Below are positions 1 to 13,550 of a DNA stretch of 64,000 nt, piece after piece. Source of the stretch: Octopus vulgaris (taxonomy: Eukaryota); assembly GCA_951406725.2 (NCBI GenBank), contig OX597822.1, positions 2,914,001 to 2,978,000 of the forward strand, written 5' to 3'. The translations under genes and the position numbers were made by a program. Within the stretch, counting starts at the first letter, position 1, and each line of letters begins with the position of its first letter. The notes beneath the pieces are model-generated. The model was not told the DNA's origin and did not search any database. It worked only from the letters and a program-made list of their open reading frames with translations.

Positions 1-227
1 ATAGGACAAAGGAAATGCTTAATGGTATATCGCCCGTCTTTGTGTTCTGAGTTCAAATCCTACCGAGGTCGATCTTGACTGTTATCCGATTCGGTGTCGA
101 TAAAAGAAAGTACTAGTTGATCCCTGCGGGCCCGCTGTACTCGACTAGCCCTTTAACCCCAAATTTCACACGTTGTGCTAATAGCAGAAATTATTATCTC
201 CGATCTTATCATTGCTGTTGTTGTGAA

Positions 228-460
228 AGGCGGCCAGCTGGTCGGATGGTTACTGCACCGGTCAACAAAATGCTTAGTGGCATTTCCTCTGTCTTTGTGT
301 TCTGAGTTCAAATTCCGCATAGGTCGAATCGAATTTTTTGTTTTTCTTTTTGGGGTTGAAGAAAAACAAAACAAGAAGCAAGTACTAATTGAGCACTGGG
401 GTCAGTGTAATCGATTAGGCCCCTCCCTCAAAATTTCAGGTCTTTTGCCTTTAGGAAAAA
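228..460 (+). mobile_element. tRNA-derived SINE, family B (Nin/Deu-like central domain), diverged
   Basis: AGGCGGCCAGCTGG head, GAGTTCAAATTCC B-box, GGGGT(C)GA...AAGTAC core. Another partial copy at 1-190. Confidence 0.75.
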
Positions 461-478
461 AAAAATGTTTATTAATGT

Positions 479-573
479 TGGCACCTTGGGCAAGTGTCTT
501 CTACTATAGCCTCGGGCCGACCAAAGCCTTGTCAGTGGATTTGGTAGGCGGAAACTGAAAGAAGCCGTATATA

Positions 574-611
<38 letters not shown>

Positions 612-826
612 TGTGTGTGTGTTTGTGTGTCTGTGTTTGTCCCCCCAACATCGCTTGACAACCGATGCTGGTGTGTTTACGTCCTTGTAACTTAGCGTTC
701 GGCAAAAGAGACCGATAGAATAAGTACTAGGCCGGCAAAGAATAAGTCCTGGGGTCGATTTGCTCGACTAAAGGCGGTGCTCCAGCGTGGCCACAGTCAA
801 ATGACTAAAACAAGTAAAAGAGTAAA
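479..826 (+). mobile_element. SINE family A (CORE-like ACCTTGGGCAAGT), 5'-truncated
   Basis: Matches the full copy at 48887-49298, with internal (GT)n and AGTAAAAG tail. An opposite-strand diverged copy follows at about 984-1292. Confidence 0.85.
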
Positions 827-1179
827 ATGCCATGGTTTTCTTTTGCTGTTTCGTAATGTTGTTGTTGTTGTTGTTATTGCTGTTTATGCTTTTGTTATGA
901 TTATGTTACCAATACTGCTGTTGTTTTGTTGTTGTTATGATAGTTATCGGGTTTCTTTTGTGTGTTTTTTTTTATCCTTTCATTTGTTTGTCATTAGACT
1001 GCGGCCATGCTGGGGCACCACCTTGAAGCAGTTTGGTCGAAGGAATCGACCCAAGAACTTATTTTTATTTCTCAGCGCGTAGTATTTGTTCTATTGGCTA
1101 CGTTTGCCGTTAAGTAACAACCAGGACGTAAACACAACAACAACGGTTGCCAAGCGAGGCTAGGAAAACACACACAAAG

Positions 1180-1222
<43 letters not shown>

Positions 1223-1637
1223 TATACGAAGGGCTTCTTTCAATTTCTGTCTACGAAATCCACTCAGAAGGCTTTGGTCGGCCCGAGGCTATAGGATAAA
1301 TATCTAAGTCAATTTACATATATACTCATCTATACGAGCCTATATTTGCCTGGGTGTATATGTGTCTGTGCGCGCGCGCGTGCCTGCGTGCGTGTGTTGT
1401 GTGTGGTGTACATGTGTATGTGTGTATGTGTGTACATGTGTATGTGTATATAAGGACAGTATGTAATATATTTCTTGTATGCTTATGTGCTCCCTTTGGT
1501 ATTTAACCACGAGTCAGCCGTGAACGAGAGGCCAACTTAATTACGGGATTATGAAAATAAAATGCTTTCTAGAAGAGATCAAACTCGCTTTCCTTTTTCT
1601 GTCTTTCTGTCTTTCTTTCTTTCTATCTTTCTTTCTT

Positions 1638-1684
<47 letters not shown>

Positions 1685-2671
1685 CTCACCTTCCCTTTCA
1701 CAAGATGGTTATAGGTAGGGTACAGCATGAACGATAGTTGGCTGCTATTTCTAGCCGACCAAATGACCGCATCGAAGTTCTGTTGTCAACGCAGCGCATT
1801 TCCATGTCATGTGTTACCATTCCTACCATCCCGTACGTGACGGGTGCATCAATAGTCTCCACCCCCCACCTCGGCACACACACAAACCTCACCAAATCTA
1901 CCTCTATTAGCCCCACCCTTGTAAATGGCTTTCGACTGACTCATTAAATTCTAAGATCCGAAGATTCTAAATTCCGATGCGAGAAACATTCCCCTCCACC
2001 CCTTCCCTCCACCTCTCACCACTCTCCTACGACCGCACCTCCTCCTACTAATCTATCACATTACCTCCCACCACTGATCTATCATCTTGCCTCCCACCAC
2101 TGTTCTACTATCTTACCTCCCACTCTTGCTTTGACATCTTATTTCATCACTGCTTTAACACCTTACCTCTCACTACTGCTCTTCCATCTTTCCTCCTACT
2201 ACTGCTCTAACACCTTACCTCGCTCTACTACCACCACCACCACCACCACCACCATCACCACACGAACGGAATCAACGTTGTACCTAGAAATGTCCTTGAG
2301 TTTAATACAGGTGTACTTTTAGGGAAAGAAAAATCTGGTATAGGTAACCGAGGCAGTATTTAATTAAAACAGTCAACTGTGTATCATATTTAATGTATAC
2401 GCATATTATTGATTGGCAGTATTTTCCTTAGATAAAAAAAATCAAAACAAAACAAATAATAGATATCAGGGAGGGACGAAGGTTTGTCCCTGCAGCCACC
2501 AGCGAGAGCATCCGATATATTTTGGTCTTTTTGCACCTTTTCAGAAACGATAAGTTCTTGTCTGAACATGTCACGATTCAGGGCTTCTGAAAACGTCCAA
2601 AAAGACCGAAATGCAATGATAGTCTTGTTGGTCGCTGCTGGAATGAGTCTCCCTAACTCTCTCTTTCTGTC

Positions 2672-2745
<74 letters not shown>

Positions 2746-2765
2746 TTTGCTATATATATATATTC

Positions 2766-2959
2766 TCTCTTTTTTACTCTTTTACTTGTTTTAGTCATTT
2801 GATTATGGCCATGCCGGAGCACCGCCTTTAGTCGAGCAAATCTACCCCAGGACTTATTCTATCGGTCACTTCTCCTGAACCGCTAAGTTACGGGGACGTA
2901 AACATACCAGCATCGGTTGTCAAGCGATGTTGTGGGGACAAACACAGACACACGAACAT

Positions 2960-3020
<61 letters not shown>

Positions 3021-3170
3021 CATATATACGACGGGCTTCTTTCAGTTTCCGTCTACCTAATCCACTCACCAGGTTTTGGTCGGCCCGAGGCTATAGTAGA
3101 AAACACTTGCTCGGGACTGAACCCGGAACCATGTGGTTGGTAAGCAAGCTACTTACCACAGAGCCACTCC
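2766..3170 (-). mobile_element. SINE family A
   Basis: Reverse complement of the 48887-49298 copy, with short internal deletions. Confidence 0.85.
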
Positions 3171-3662
3171 TACTGTTATGACTATTTTGTAGACAGATTT
3201 CGTAACATCGGGTATAGGGACACCGGGGTGGGGGTGAGGGGCACTTTCTATACGTGATGTTGCTAACGTCGAAGACACGATAGATTATGATCGGAGCGGC
3301 GGCCATTTTAGCTGTTGCACGGGTGGGTTGAACAAAATCTACGTTGTGTCATGTGACCATGTTATAATATCTCTCGGATCAGGGAGGGGCCGACTTGGGG
3401 TTTGAACGAAACCGACAATAACAAAACAGCTGATCAGATAAAATGAGGCAAGCAACGAAAGGAAATGCAGATAATAACAGTGAATGAGACATGAAAGCGA
3501 ACAACAACAACGACGACGATTAACAGCAATAAAAGTCGATCACTAATAAACAAACAACAACAAAGTAATAACAAGAGGAACGAACGGCAAAAAAACCCAG
3601 TAATTACAGCAATAACAACAACTGCCACAACAATAACACGGTAACAACAACAAACAACAGCA

Positions 3663-4200
3663 GTGGAGGCGTAATGGCCCATTGACTAGGACAGCGGACT
3701 CGCGGTCGAAAGAACGCGGTTTCGATTCCCAGACTGGTTGTTTATTGAGCAAAAACACCAAAGCTCCACGAGGCTCCGGCGGGGTGGGTGGGTGAACATT
3801 GCTGTACTCTTTCACCACAACTTTCTCTCACTCTTTCTTCCTACTTCTGCCACAAAGCAGAGGAACCATGGTGTAACTCACTATGGTGTGGTAAACTTTC
3901 AGACCCTAGTCTAGATTGCGAATCCTCTGTACCCCAGGATGGTTCAGTTCTCCACCCGTTAAAAAGTCACCGTTTACGGAATGAGGATAACAACGTAGCT
4001 TTCGCGCCCGTGCAACCGCCAGTCTACCGCTTGTGGTGGGTGGATCTTCAAGTTGCCACAGACACTCTTGGTAGTTTAGAGTAGGCTCGAATTAGAGATT
4101 ATTCTTTGTGGCTAATGGCGTGAGTCCTGATTGGAAGAAGAAGAAGAAGAAGAAGAAGAAGAAGAAGAAGAAGAAGAAGAAGAAGAAGAAGAAGAAGAAC
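3663..4200 (+). mobile_element. tRNA-headed SINE-like element ending in (GAA)n
   Basis: GTGGAGGCGTAATGGCCC...GGTTTCGATTCCC A/B-box head at about 3663-3735, body to about 4134, (GAA)n at about 4134-4199. Confidence 0.55.
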
Positions 4201-4937
4201 AACAACAACAACAGCGTAGTGTCGGAGCAACAAGAAATAGAAAACTTTTAACATGCTTTCACATCCCGCTGGAGATAGAAATAGCAGACAAATCGTATTC
4301 AACTGCCTTGGGTAGTTATGACTGAAAGAAGTTTGATTTCCTTGGGTGTAACCTATACAACAATAGACCATGTTCACAGTTACGATTAATGCGTGACCCA
4401 GTCACTGCTACACGCAAATGCCTCCCACTGGAACCATTCTCCGGTCTTGTCCTCGTTGTTGCGTAGCTATACGTCAGTTCTGCTCTAATAGACAGGCCTT
4501 CGACACGTTGTCAGCAGGACAGTCAGGTGCCGCTCACATGTCTATTGTTCTGTATATAACATGCTTACACCCAACAGAAGGCCATGTAGCACATTCTCAC
4601 ATGTAGCGTTGCATTCTATAGGGGACAGTGTTGCAGTGTAAACATGCTGCACGCACTACTGTCCACTCTGTGACATCTCCGTTCTATTTATCCTGTTTTT
4701 ACTACCAAACCTACACACACACACACACACACAAACACATGCAAACACACTGAAATTCTGTCTTGACAGTAAACCTTCGGCTGCTATGTCACTACCGGAC
4801 CCTTGCCTCTGCCGAGCTCAAACCAAGGCGAAATAACATTCCGCCGACTGTAGCAGACGATTCTCGTCTGTCGAGGATATAAATACGAGAGTTTGTGTAC
4901 CACAAGTCCGTATGCGAGTTCTTCACTTGGTTAATAA

Positions 4938-5056
4938 GGCATTGCAGTGGCTGTGGTAAGTAGCTTCCTTACCAAGCACATGGTTCCGGGTTCAGTCCCA
5001 CTGCGCGGAAACTTGGGCAAGTATCTTCTACTGTAGCCTCGGGCCGACCAAAGCCT

Positions 5057-5097
<41 letters not shown>

Positions 5098-5268
5098 TTG
5101 TCCCCCACCATCGCTTGGCCACTGATGTTGGTGTCCCCGTAATCTAGCGGTTCAGCAAAAGAGACCGATAGAATAAGTAGTAGGCTTACAAAGAATAAGT
5201 CCTGGGATCGATGCGCTCGACTAAAGGCGGTGCTCCAGCATGGCCGCAGTCAAATGATTGAAACAAAT
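4938..5268 (+). mobile_element. SINE family A
   Basis: Head GTGGCTGTGGTAAGTAGC and tail GGCGGTGCTCCAGCATGGCCGCAGTCAAATGA. Confidence 0.85.
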
Positions 5269-5971
5269 ATATATATATATACACACCCTTTGTTGAGGAG
5301 ACCTATGGTAAAAAGTATTCCAGTAATAACCTTCCTTTCTTTCTTGAACGAATTCAAACCCACTTTATCCAACGTGACAATAAAAAAAAAAAAAAACGAT
5401 AATGGGTGATTTCAGTGGGAAGATTTGGCTGCTATTTTTAACTGAGAGATCGATCATGTAGGGACAACCAATCGAAATAATTGGTAATTTTATTTCATTG
5501 CGCTATTCTTGAATCGATAGCAAGTAAGGTCAGCCCCGGTAATGATTTGATCCCAGAATCTGTAGATGCGCTTCTATATAGTGTAAGCCTGTTTGCCGGA
5601 CCACTGTCACATGACCAGCTTCCCACTGTCCTCTGTGAACACTGAATGAGTATAAACAACGGTGTACAGGTGTCGGTCATCTCTTATTTTTTTCGGTCAT
5701 TAGTTTGCGCCCAAGCTGGGGCTCCGCCTTGAAGAATTTTCGTCAAACGAATCGGCCCCTGTACTCATTTTTTTAAAAAAAACCTGGTATTTATTGTATC
5801 TGAGTCTTTTGTCGAATTGTTAGTCTTCGAGGACGTAAATACACCAACATCGGTCGTCTAGCGGTGGTGTATGCGAGCGAATGTTGCTACATGTGTGTAT
5901 ATGGTCGTGTTTGCGTATGCATATATATGTTTGTGAATGTACACGTGCAGAGACGTGTCTGCATACGCACA

Positions 5972-6002
<31 letters not shown>

Positions 6003-6473
6003 CTACGTACATTTAAATATGTATACTTATATGTGCATATGTGTGTATACACATACGCGTACACAGGCAGGTGTATGCATATCATGTATGCACAAACACA
6101 CACATACACATGCATGGGATGCTTATGCATGTATATATATATATGTGTGTGTGTGTGTGCATGTGTATACATAAGGGTGTATATATGTATACGTGTATGT
6201 ATGTGTGTCACATGACTTATGGCTGTATACAAATCATGAGATAGCTCAATTTGTGTATGTAGATTTGAATGGGTTTTTTAATTGCCAGAAGTTACTAAGT
6301 GACTCAAGGGTCGAGAATTTCGTGACGTGCACGAAACTATGCCTTAGTGCCACCACGTAACATACGGTATATAAAAATAAACCCCTCTTCTCTCTCTGTC
6401 ACTCTCTTTCTCTTTCTATATATATATATATACACATATATAGATAGATAGATAGATGGATAGATAAGATAAA

Positions 6474-6692
6474 TATTATTTACATATGAGAGGGATGACC
6501 ACTATGTGGACAACCCTTATGCTAGAAGTAGATCCGCTATGGTCTGACCACTAAGAAATGTTCTCAAGAAGAATTTAGCAAACACCAGAAAATTTTTCTT
6601 GAGAACATTTCTTAGTGGTAAGACCATAGCGGATCTTCTTCTAACATAAGAGTTGTCCACCTAGTGGTCATCCCTCTCATATGTAAATAATA
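6474..6692. repeat. Fold-back inverted repeat, 103-bp arms with a 13-nt loop
   Basis: 6474-6576 is the reverse complement of 6590-6692, with 6 mismatches by manual count. Confidence 0.95.
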
Positions 6693-6820
6693 CAATTTAC
6701 TGAACCTTCAGACTTTAATATGCTACACCACTCGTTTTAAATTGATGTTAATTAAATTAATATCCAATTTCTCACCCTCATTTCAAATTATATTTATATA
6801 TTATATTTATATATATATAG

Positions 6821-7030
6821 TTAATCCAAACATGTAAACACAAAGAAAAAACACAACAACGCGAGGACGTGGAACAAATATAGTATTATTGGACGCTCAG
6901 GAAAGGAAAGAAAGAAGGAGGGATTAACGTTTCGAGCGGAGCTCTTCGTCGGAAACATAGGAAAAGGAAAGATCCAAAGAAGGGAAGACAGAGGGGAAAA
7001 AAATCGCCAACGGTACACACGAGGTCACAT
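6821..7030 (-). mobile_element. Penelope-like terminal-repeat remnant with a variant minimal hammerhead motif
   Basis: Minus strand, about 6957-6922: CCGACGA-A-GAGC tcc GCTC-GAAA-CG-TT. Inserted among TA/TAGA microsatellites. Confidence 0.55.
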
Positions 7031-7101
<71 letters not shown>

Positions 7102-7158
7102 TATAAATCTGTCTACACACACTCGCTCATACACACAAAATTTACATACATACGTAAA

Positions 7159-7192
<34 letters not shown>

Positions 7193-7272
7193 TATTTGAG
7201 TACTATTTTTCCTGCTCGTACTACAAAACAATATACGTATATGTTGATACATGTACACGCACACATTTGCAC

Positions 7273-7335
<63 letters not shown>

Positions 7336-8158
7336 TATTTAAACAGTGCTGTAAAATTGTTTTCGTTATACCTAAACATATTAACAAACATTAACATATG
7401 CGTATATAATCCGTTTGTATAGCAACCCTACGCGTACATATGTACGCGAATGTATATAGATGAATGTATAAACACCCACACGTATATATTATATAATTTG
7501 TGTCACATGCACCGTTATAGACGTATAGAGACAAGGAAATGTGAGCGTGTGTGTACACATCCATATATATATATATATGTATATACATGTACTGTCATAC
7601 ATATATACACACACGGCTTGTATATATATACACGCGCTCTCAGTTACTTTCTCTCTCACTCATACTCTCACCCATACAAACAAACTTCCCCCTCTCTTTT
7701 CCATTCTACTTTTTTAATTTGCCCACTCCCCCGCCCCCTCTCTGTCTTTCTCATTGTTCTTCACTCGTTTTATTTTTTTTACCTTTCATCTCCCCCCCAC
7801 CCCCACCACTTAATTCCTCTCCCCGCTCCTCGTATTTATCGCTCCCTCTCTCTTATACTGTCACCGTCTTCCTCTTTCTGTACTTCATCTCTTCCCCTCT
7901 GTTCATTATCCATCACCTTAAACATCATTATTTCCCATCTCTCTTTCTCTATAGGTGTGTATATATATATATGTGTGTGTGTGTGTGCGTGTGTGTGTGT
8001 GTGTGTGTGTACATACATACAGATAGATAGATAGATAGATGTGTATATAGTGAGATAAATAGATAGATTGAGAGAGAGGGGTACAGAAACAAACGAACGG
8101 AGATATACAATAATCGTATCTATCAAATTCTTGAATGTTCTTTTGGCTTCAAAATCAA

Positions 8159-8210
<52 letters not shown>

Positions 8211-8354
8211 GTGTATACATATATACATATATATATATGTATGTATAAACATATATATATATGTATATTGTATATGTATATATGTGTATATATATACACA
8301 CATATATATATACATGTATGTATATATATACATATGTGTATATATATATATGTG

Positions 8355-8388
<34 letters not shown>

Positions 8389-8406
8389 TATATTTTATGT
8401 ATATAT

Positions 8407-8458
<52 letters not shown>

Positions 8459-8849
8459 GCACACACACATCATATATGTGCGTGTGTGTATGTCTACAAA
8501 AGGTATATGAATGCGTGTGTGTTTAATCACCTGGAAGCCTCTTGCAACAAGCGCACAAACGTGTACATGCATTTTGGCGCCAAATTACGGAAAAGCGTTA
8601 AACCACTGGTGCTGCTGCTGCTGCTGTTGTTGTTGTTGTTGCTGTTGCCATAATGTCACTGCTGCTCACTGCTGCTCTTATCTCTCACATCCTCTTGTCA
8701 CCGCCATTGTTGTGGTTGATGTTGTTGTCGATTACTCTTTTTTATATTCACCTTAAAACGATCGAAAGACACGTTGAAATGTTTTAACCTGCTTTTTTAC
8801 ACTTTTTACGTTTTTCAAAACTTTTTATCACAGCTTTCTTCTCAGCGCT

Positions 8850-10000
8850 TTCATTCTTTCTTTTTTTCCTTTCTATCTTTCTTTCTTTGTTTGTTTCTTT
8901 CCTTCTTTCTTCCTTTCTTTCTTTCTTTCTATCTTCCTTTCTTCTTTCTTTCTTTCTTTCCTCCTTTCTTCCTTCCTTTCTTTCTTCCTTTCTTTCTTTC
9001 CTTCCTCCTTTCTTCCTTCCTTTCTTTCTTCCTTTCTTTCTTCCTTTCTTTCTTCCTTTCTTTCTTTTTTCTTTCTTCCTTCCTTTCTTTCTTCCTTTCT
9101 TTCTTTCTTTCTTCCTGTCTTTCTTTCTTTCTTCCTTTCTTCCTTTCTTTCTTCCTTTCTTTCTTTCTTTCTCCGCTTTTTCTCGCTTTCTTTCTTATTG
9201 TCAATTTCGCTTTGTCTCTTCCTTTCTCTTCCTTTTTCTCCTCTTCTTCTTTCTTCTCTCTATGTCTTTCTCTTCCCCTTCTTATATTTCTATCCATTCT
9301 CTTTCTTCCCTTCAGCCTTCCTCTCTTTCTTTCTTTCCCTTCTTCTTTTCTCCTCTCTCTTCCTTTATCTATTTCTCCCTCTTTATCTTTCGTTCTCTTT
9401 TCTTTTGCTCTCCATCAATCTCTCTTTTTCGTTCTTTTTCTCTCTTTTCCTTTCTTTCTGCTCCCTATTGTTATTTCTCTCTTTGTTCCATCCTGACTTT
9501 CCGTCTTTCTTCTCTTTCTTTCTTTCGACTTTTCTTTCTTTCTTCTCTTTCTATCATTCTTTCTCTCTTTCCATCTGTTCATCAATCTCTCTCCATTTCT
9601 CACTTTCTGTCCTTTCTCTTCTCTGTTTACCTTTCTCTCTTTTCTCATTTCTTTCTTCTCCTTCTCTCTTTCTCTCTCTATCGTTTCCAATTTTCCTCAT
9701 TTTCTCTTTCTCTTTTTTTCCCACTCTTTTCTTTTTCTCATCCTTTCTTTCTTTCTTTCGTTCGCTCGTTTGTGTGCTCTCTTTCTTCACTTCCTTCCTT
9801 CTTCTCGTTCTCTTCCTCGTTTTTATCTTTCTTCATTATCCTCTTTTTTCTTCCCTTCCTTCCTTCCTTCCTTCCTTTTCCCACGCTATTTTTCTTTTCT
9901 TTCTCTCTTTGTTTCTCCTCTCTTTCTCTCCTTTACTCTTCTTTATTTACTCTTTCTATACATCTTTCCGTTTTCTTTCCTCAATCCTTCCATGACCTTC
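8850..10000 (+). repeat. About 1.15-kb polypyrimidine (CTTT/CCTT) low-complexity tract
   Basis: Almost only C and T on the + strand; source of the F/S/L-rich artefact ORFs. Confidence 0.95.
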
Positions 10001-10352
10001 TCACATTGTTGTTCATCTCAGACAACAACAACCGCAACAACAACACATTCCACTTACTAGAAATAACAGCAGTATCTCCCTCAAATCACACTGTTTCCTC
10101 TTAAAAAGAAAAAAGCAAGGCCGTATTGCATAACGTAAATGAGAAAAGAAAAAACCGGTCGGTTCCTCCCAGAATACATTTGCTTATAGGTTCTCAATCA
10201 ATGTGAGTTCGATTCCAGTGCGTGGCATCTTGGTTGAAAGTAACATTTTAAAGCCTCGGACCCCCTCATCGTGAGGGCAGTTATACAGAAGCCCGAATTA
10301 TCTGACTTCATGCGCGATTCTGCTTGAAAAAGACTCGAGAATCAGTTATATA

Positions 10353-10404
<52 letters not shown>

Positions 10405-10559
10405 GCACATATACGACGTGTTTCTCTCAGTTTCCGTCCACCGAATCCACTTTGAAGGCCTTGGTCGGCCCGAAGCTATAGCAGAAGGTGCCATGCACTG
10501 GGACTGAACCCGGAACCATGTGGTTGGGAAGTAAACGTCTTACCACTCAGCTTCGCTTG

Positions 10560-10603
<44 letters not shown>

Positions 10604-11340
10604 ACTCTCAATATATATATATCAGTATATTGGATAAATACTATCCCATAGTGGGTTACACCCATAACCCCTAACTTACTTTGTGTTATATATATATATA
10701 TATATATATACATATATATGAGTGGTTAAGAAGCTCTCTTTGGAACCACGCAGTTTCAGGTTCAGTCCCACCGTGAGGTATGGTGGGCAAACGTCAATTA
10801 TTATAGCCCCGAGCCGACCAAAATACCTTGTGAATGAAATTGGTTGACGGAATCTGTGTGGAAGCCGCTCAAGTATGCGTTTGCGCGCGCGCTCGTTTGT
10901 ATGTCTGTGTGTCTGTGGATGCCTTCGTAACTGAGTGACTAGGATAAGAGACCAATAGAATAGGTATCAGACTTCAAAATATAAGCAATGAGGCCTATAA
11001 ATATGTACATATATATTCTTTCGGCGTCCCATACAGACGACAGCAAAGGCAGATTGCTTCCCTAAGCCAGAAATCGATCTACGAGTAACCCTTCTTTTTA
11101 AAAATCCTATTGATTCACTAGCCCGCTTTCAGCCTGTGCTAACGGAGTAAAATAATTGGTGGTTTATAGAGCTATTAGCGTCTATTTCAAGCATGTTGGT
11201 GTGCCTGTCCACACCCTTTTGCTATAAATATATCTATACAGTTATATATGAGTATAAATATTTACCTAAATGCAATTAAAATACTGGCCACTTGATAGAA
11301 TCATTAAATGGTTTCATCCTTAATTAATTAATTAAATATC

Positions 11341-11382
<42 letters not shown>

Positions 11383-11385
11383 TAC

Positions 11386-11475
<90 letters not shown>

Positions 11476-11488
11476 CACACATATATAT

Positions 11489-11551
<63 letters not shown>

Positions 11552-11630
11552 TATATATATATATATTTAAGCCCTCTGCTGCTAAATCCATTTTCAAACT
11601 TTCATATATCTATTAAACGCGCAATTTCCC

Positions 11631-11726
<96 letters not shown>

Positions 11727-11917
11727 TTATCACCTTCCAAGTCCGATAACTCCACATGCATTTTCTATATCTATTTTTAACATTCAGTTATTATCGAAAA
11801 ACACTGTTTGAATTAAAGTATTTCCCGTGAAAAGACCCGTCAGAGATTTATACCGAGCAAAATGCTAATATAAAGCCGCGTTATGTTTACATGCAGGCGT
11901 GTTTCTCCTTGTGTGCT

Positions 11918-12000
<83 letters not shown>

Positions 12001-12408
12001 TAATCTGCGTATTTCGGCGATGTACATTGGTAAGAATTCGAAAAGATGATGGTATGCTTCATATTTATTTGTTACATAGATTCAGGGAACTTGCCAGTCT
12101 GTTTGAAAGCTGTAATTTACGGCGTTATTGTTAAAAGTTGCGACATAATTAAAACAGAACGTGTAGTCGTGTGCGTGTATGTGTGTGTGTTTGTGTATAC
12201 ACGTGTGGCGACATATATGTGTGAGTTCATATCTCCATTCATGGCCTTTTAGCTAGGAATTTCGCTTAGCAATCATGAGACCCAGGTTCGATACCACGAC
12301 ATGTTTCTTAACAAGTATTTTTTGTCGTGGCCGCTGGTCGTCCCAAATCTTGGGACCATGCTCCCTCTAAACTGTGCACTTATGCGCGCGCACATATTCT
12401 ACAATTTG

Positions 12409-12707
12409 TTATTTCTTTATTGCCCACAAGGAAGTCGACCTCGGCGGAATTTGAACTCAGAACGTAGCGGCAGACGAAATACCTATTTCTTTACTACCCA
12501 CCAGGGGCTAAACACAGAGGGGACAAACAAGGACAGACAAACGGATTAAGTCGATTACATCGACCCCAGTGCGTAACTAGTACTTATTTAATCGACCCCG
12601 AAAGGTTGAAAGGCAAAGTCGACCTCGGCGGAATTTGAACTCAGAACGTAAAGGCAGACGAAATACCGCTAAGCATTCCGCCCGGCGTGCTAACGTTTCT
12701 GCCAGCT
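12409..12707 (-). mobile_element. SINE family B with partial tandem duplication
   Basis: AAGTCGACCTCGGCGGAATTTGAACTCAGAACGTA occurs twice; matches 36400-36630. Confidence 0.85.
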
Positions 12708-12869
12708 CTGTCAGCTAATTCCACAATTAGTGCGGACGTATGGTTTTCAAGAAAAGGTCGATGAGCAAGTTCTGGAAAGAAGGTTGATTTTCTGTTTTCA
12801 TACTTCGAAGTTGTTTCCTTGCATGTACGTGCACATACTTTGCAAAGAAAAGCAAAATTTGCATAGTAA

Positions 12870-13020
12870 GCGCAGGAGTGGGTGTGTGTGGTAAGAAGCT
12901 TGCTTCCCAACCACATAGTTCCGAGTTCAGTCCCAGTGCGTGGCAGATTGTCTTCTACTATAGCCTCGAACTAAGCCTTGTCGGTGGATTTGGTAGAACT
13001 GAAACTGAAAGAAGCCTGTC

Positions 13021-13107
<87 letters not shown>

Positions 13108-13400
13108 CATATGTATATAGAACTGATTTTAAATTTTAAATTTATATATATATATGTATATGTATGTATGTGTGTGTGTGTATGTATTTGTATATCTGTG
13201 TTTGTCACCTCACCCCCATCACCACAACCATCGCCTGACAACCGATGTTGGTGAGTTTACGTCCCCCGTCGCTCAGGGGTTCGGTAAAAGGGACCGATAC
13301 AATAAGTTCTAGGCTTACCAAGAATAAATCCCGGGGTCGATTTGTTCGACTAAAGGCGGTGCTCCAGCATGGCTGCAGTCAAATGACTGAAACAAATAAA
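12870..13400 (+). mobile_element. SINE family A with expanded internal (TA)n
   Basis: Head GCGCAGGAGTGG, tail AAATGACTGAAACAA. Confidence 0.85.
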
Positions 13401-13550
13401 AAAAGTAGAAACATTCTGAGCTCACCTACAGCAAAACACGAGAAGAAAAGTTACTGGGAAATCAAATGTTTACATGAAATGTAACAGTCCCAGGCTTGGC
13501 ACACCTTGGTACCTTCTGTCTGCTTGACGGCTGCGTTAATACTACGCTCC

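Noticed and set aside
2045-2230. Degenerate tandem of about 26 bp; also a 20-bp triple repeat at about 16732-16788
   Set aside because: Short local duplications with no further structure.
3091-3306. ORF MAAAPIIIYRV.. with a good start context
   Set aside because: No recognisable domain and it runs into a SINE; the ATGGCCGCC is as well explained as a YY1 motif.
8774-10104. Long F/S/L-rich ORFs (240-405 aa) resembling membrane proteins
   Set aside because: They arise from a C/T-only tract that lacks stop codons; open in all three frames with no domain.
12006-12056. CVFRRCTLVRIRK, loosely like Pc exon 1 (VFAAE..KKRIRK)
   Set aside because: Wrong spacing, lacks the conserved AE, no phase-0 donor after RIRK, and it directly follows a (TG)n repeat.
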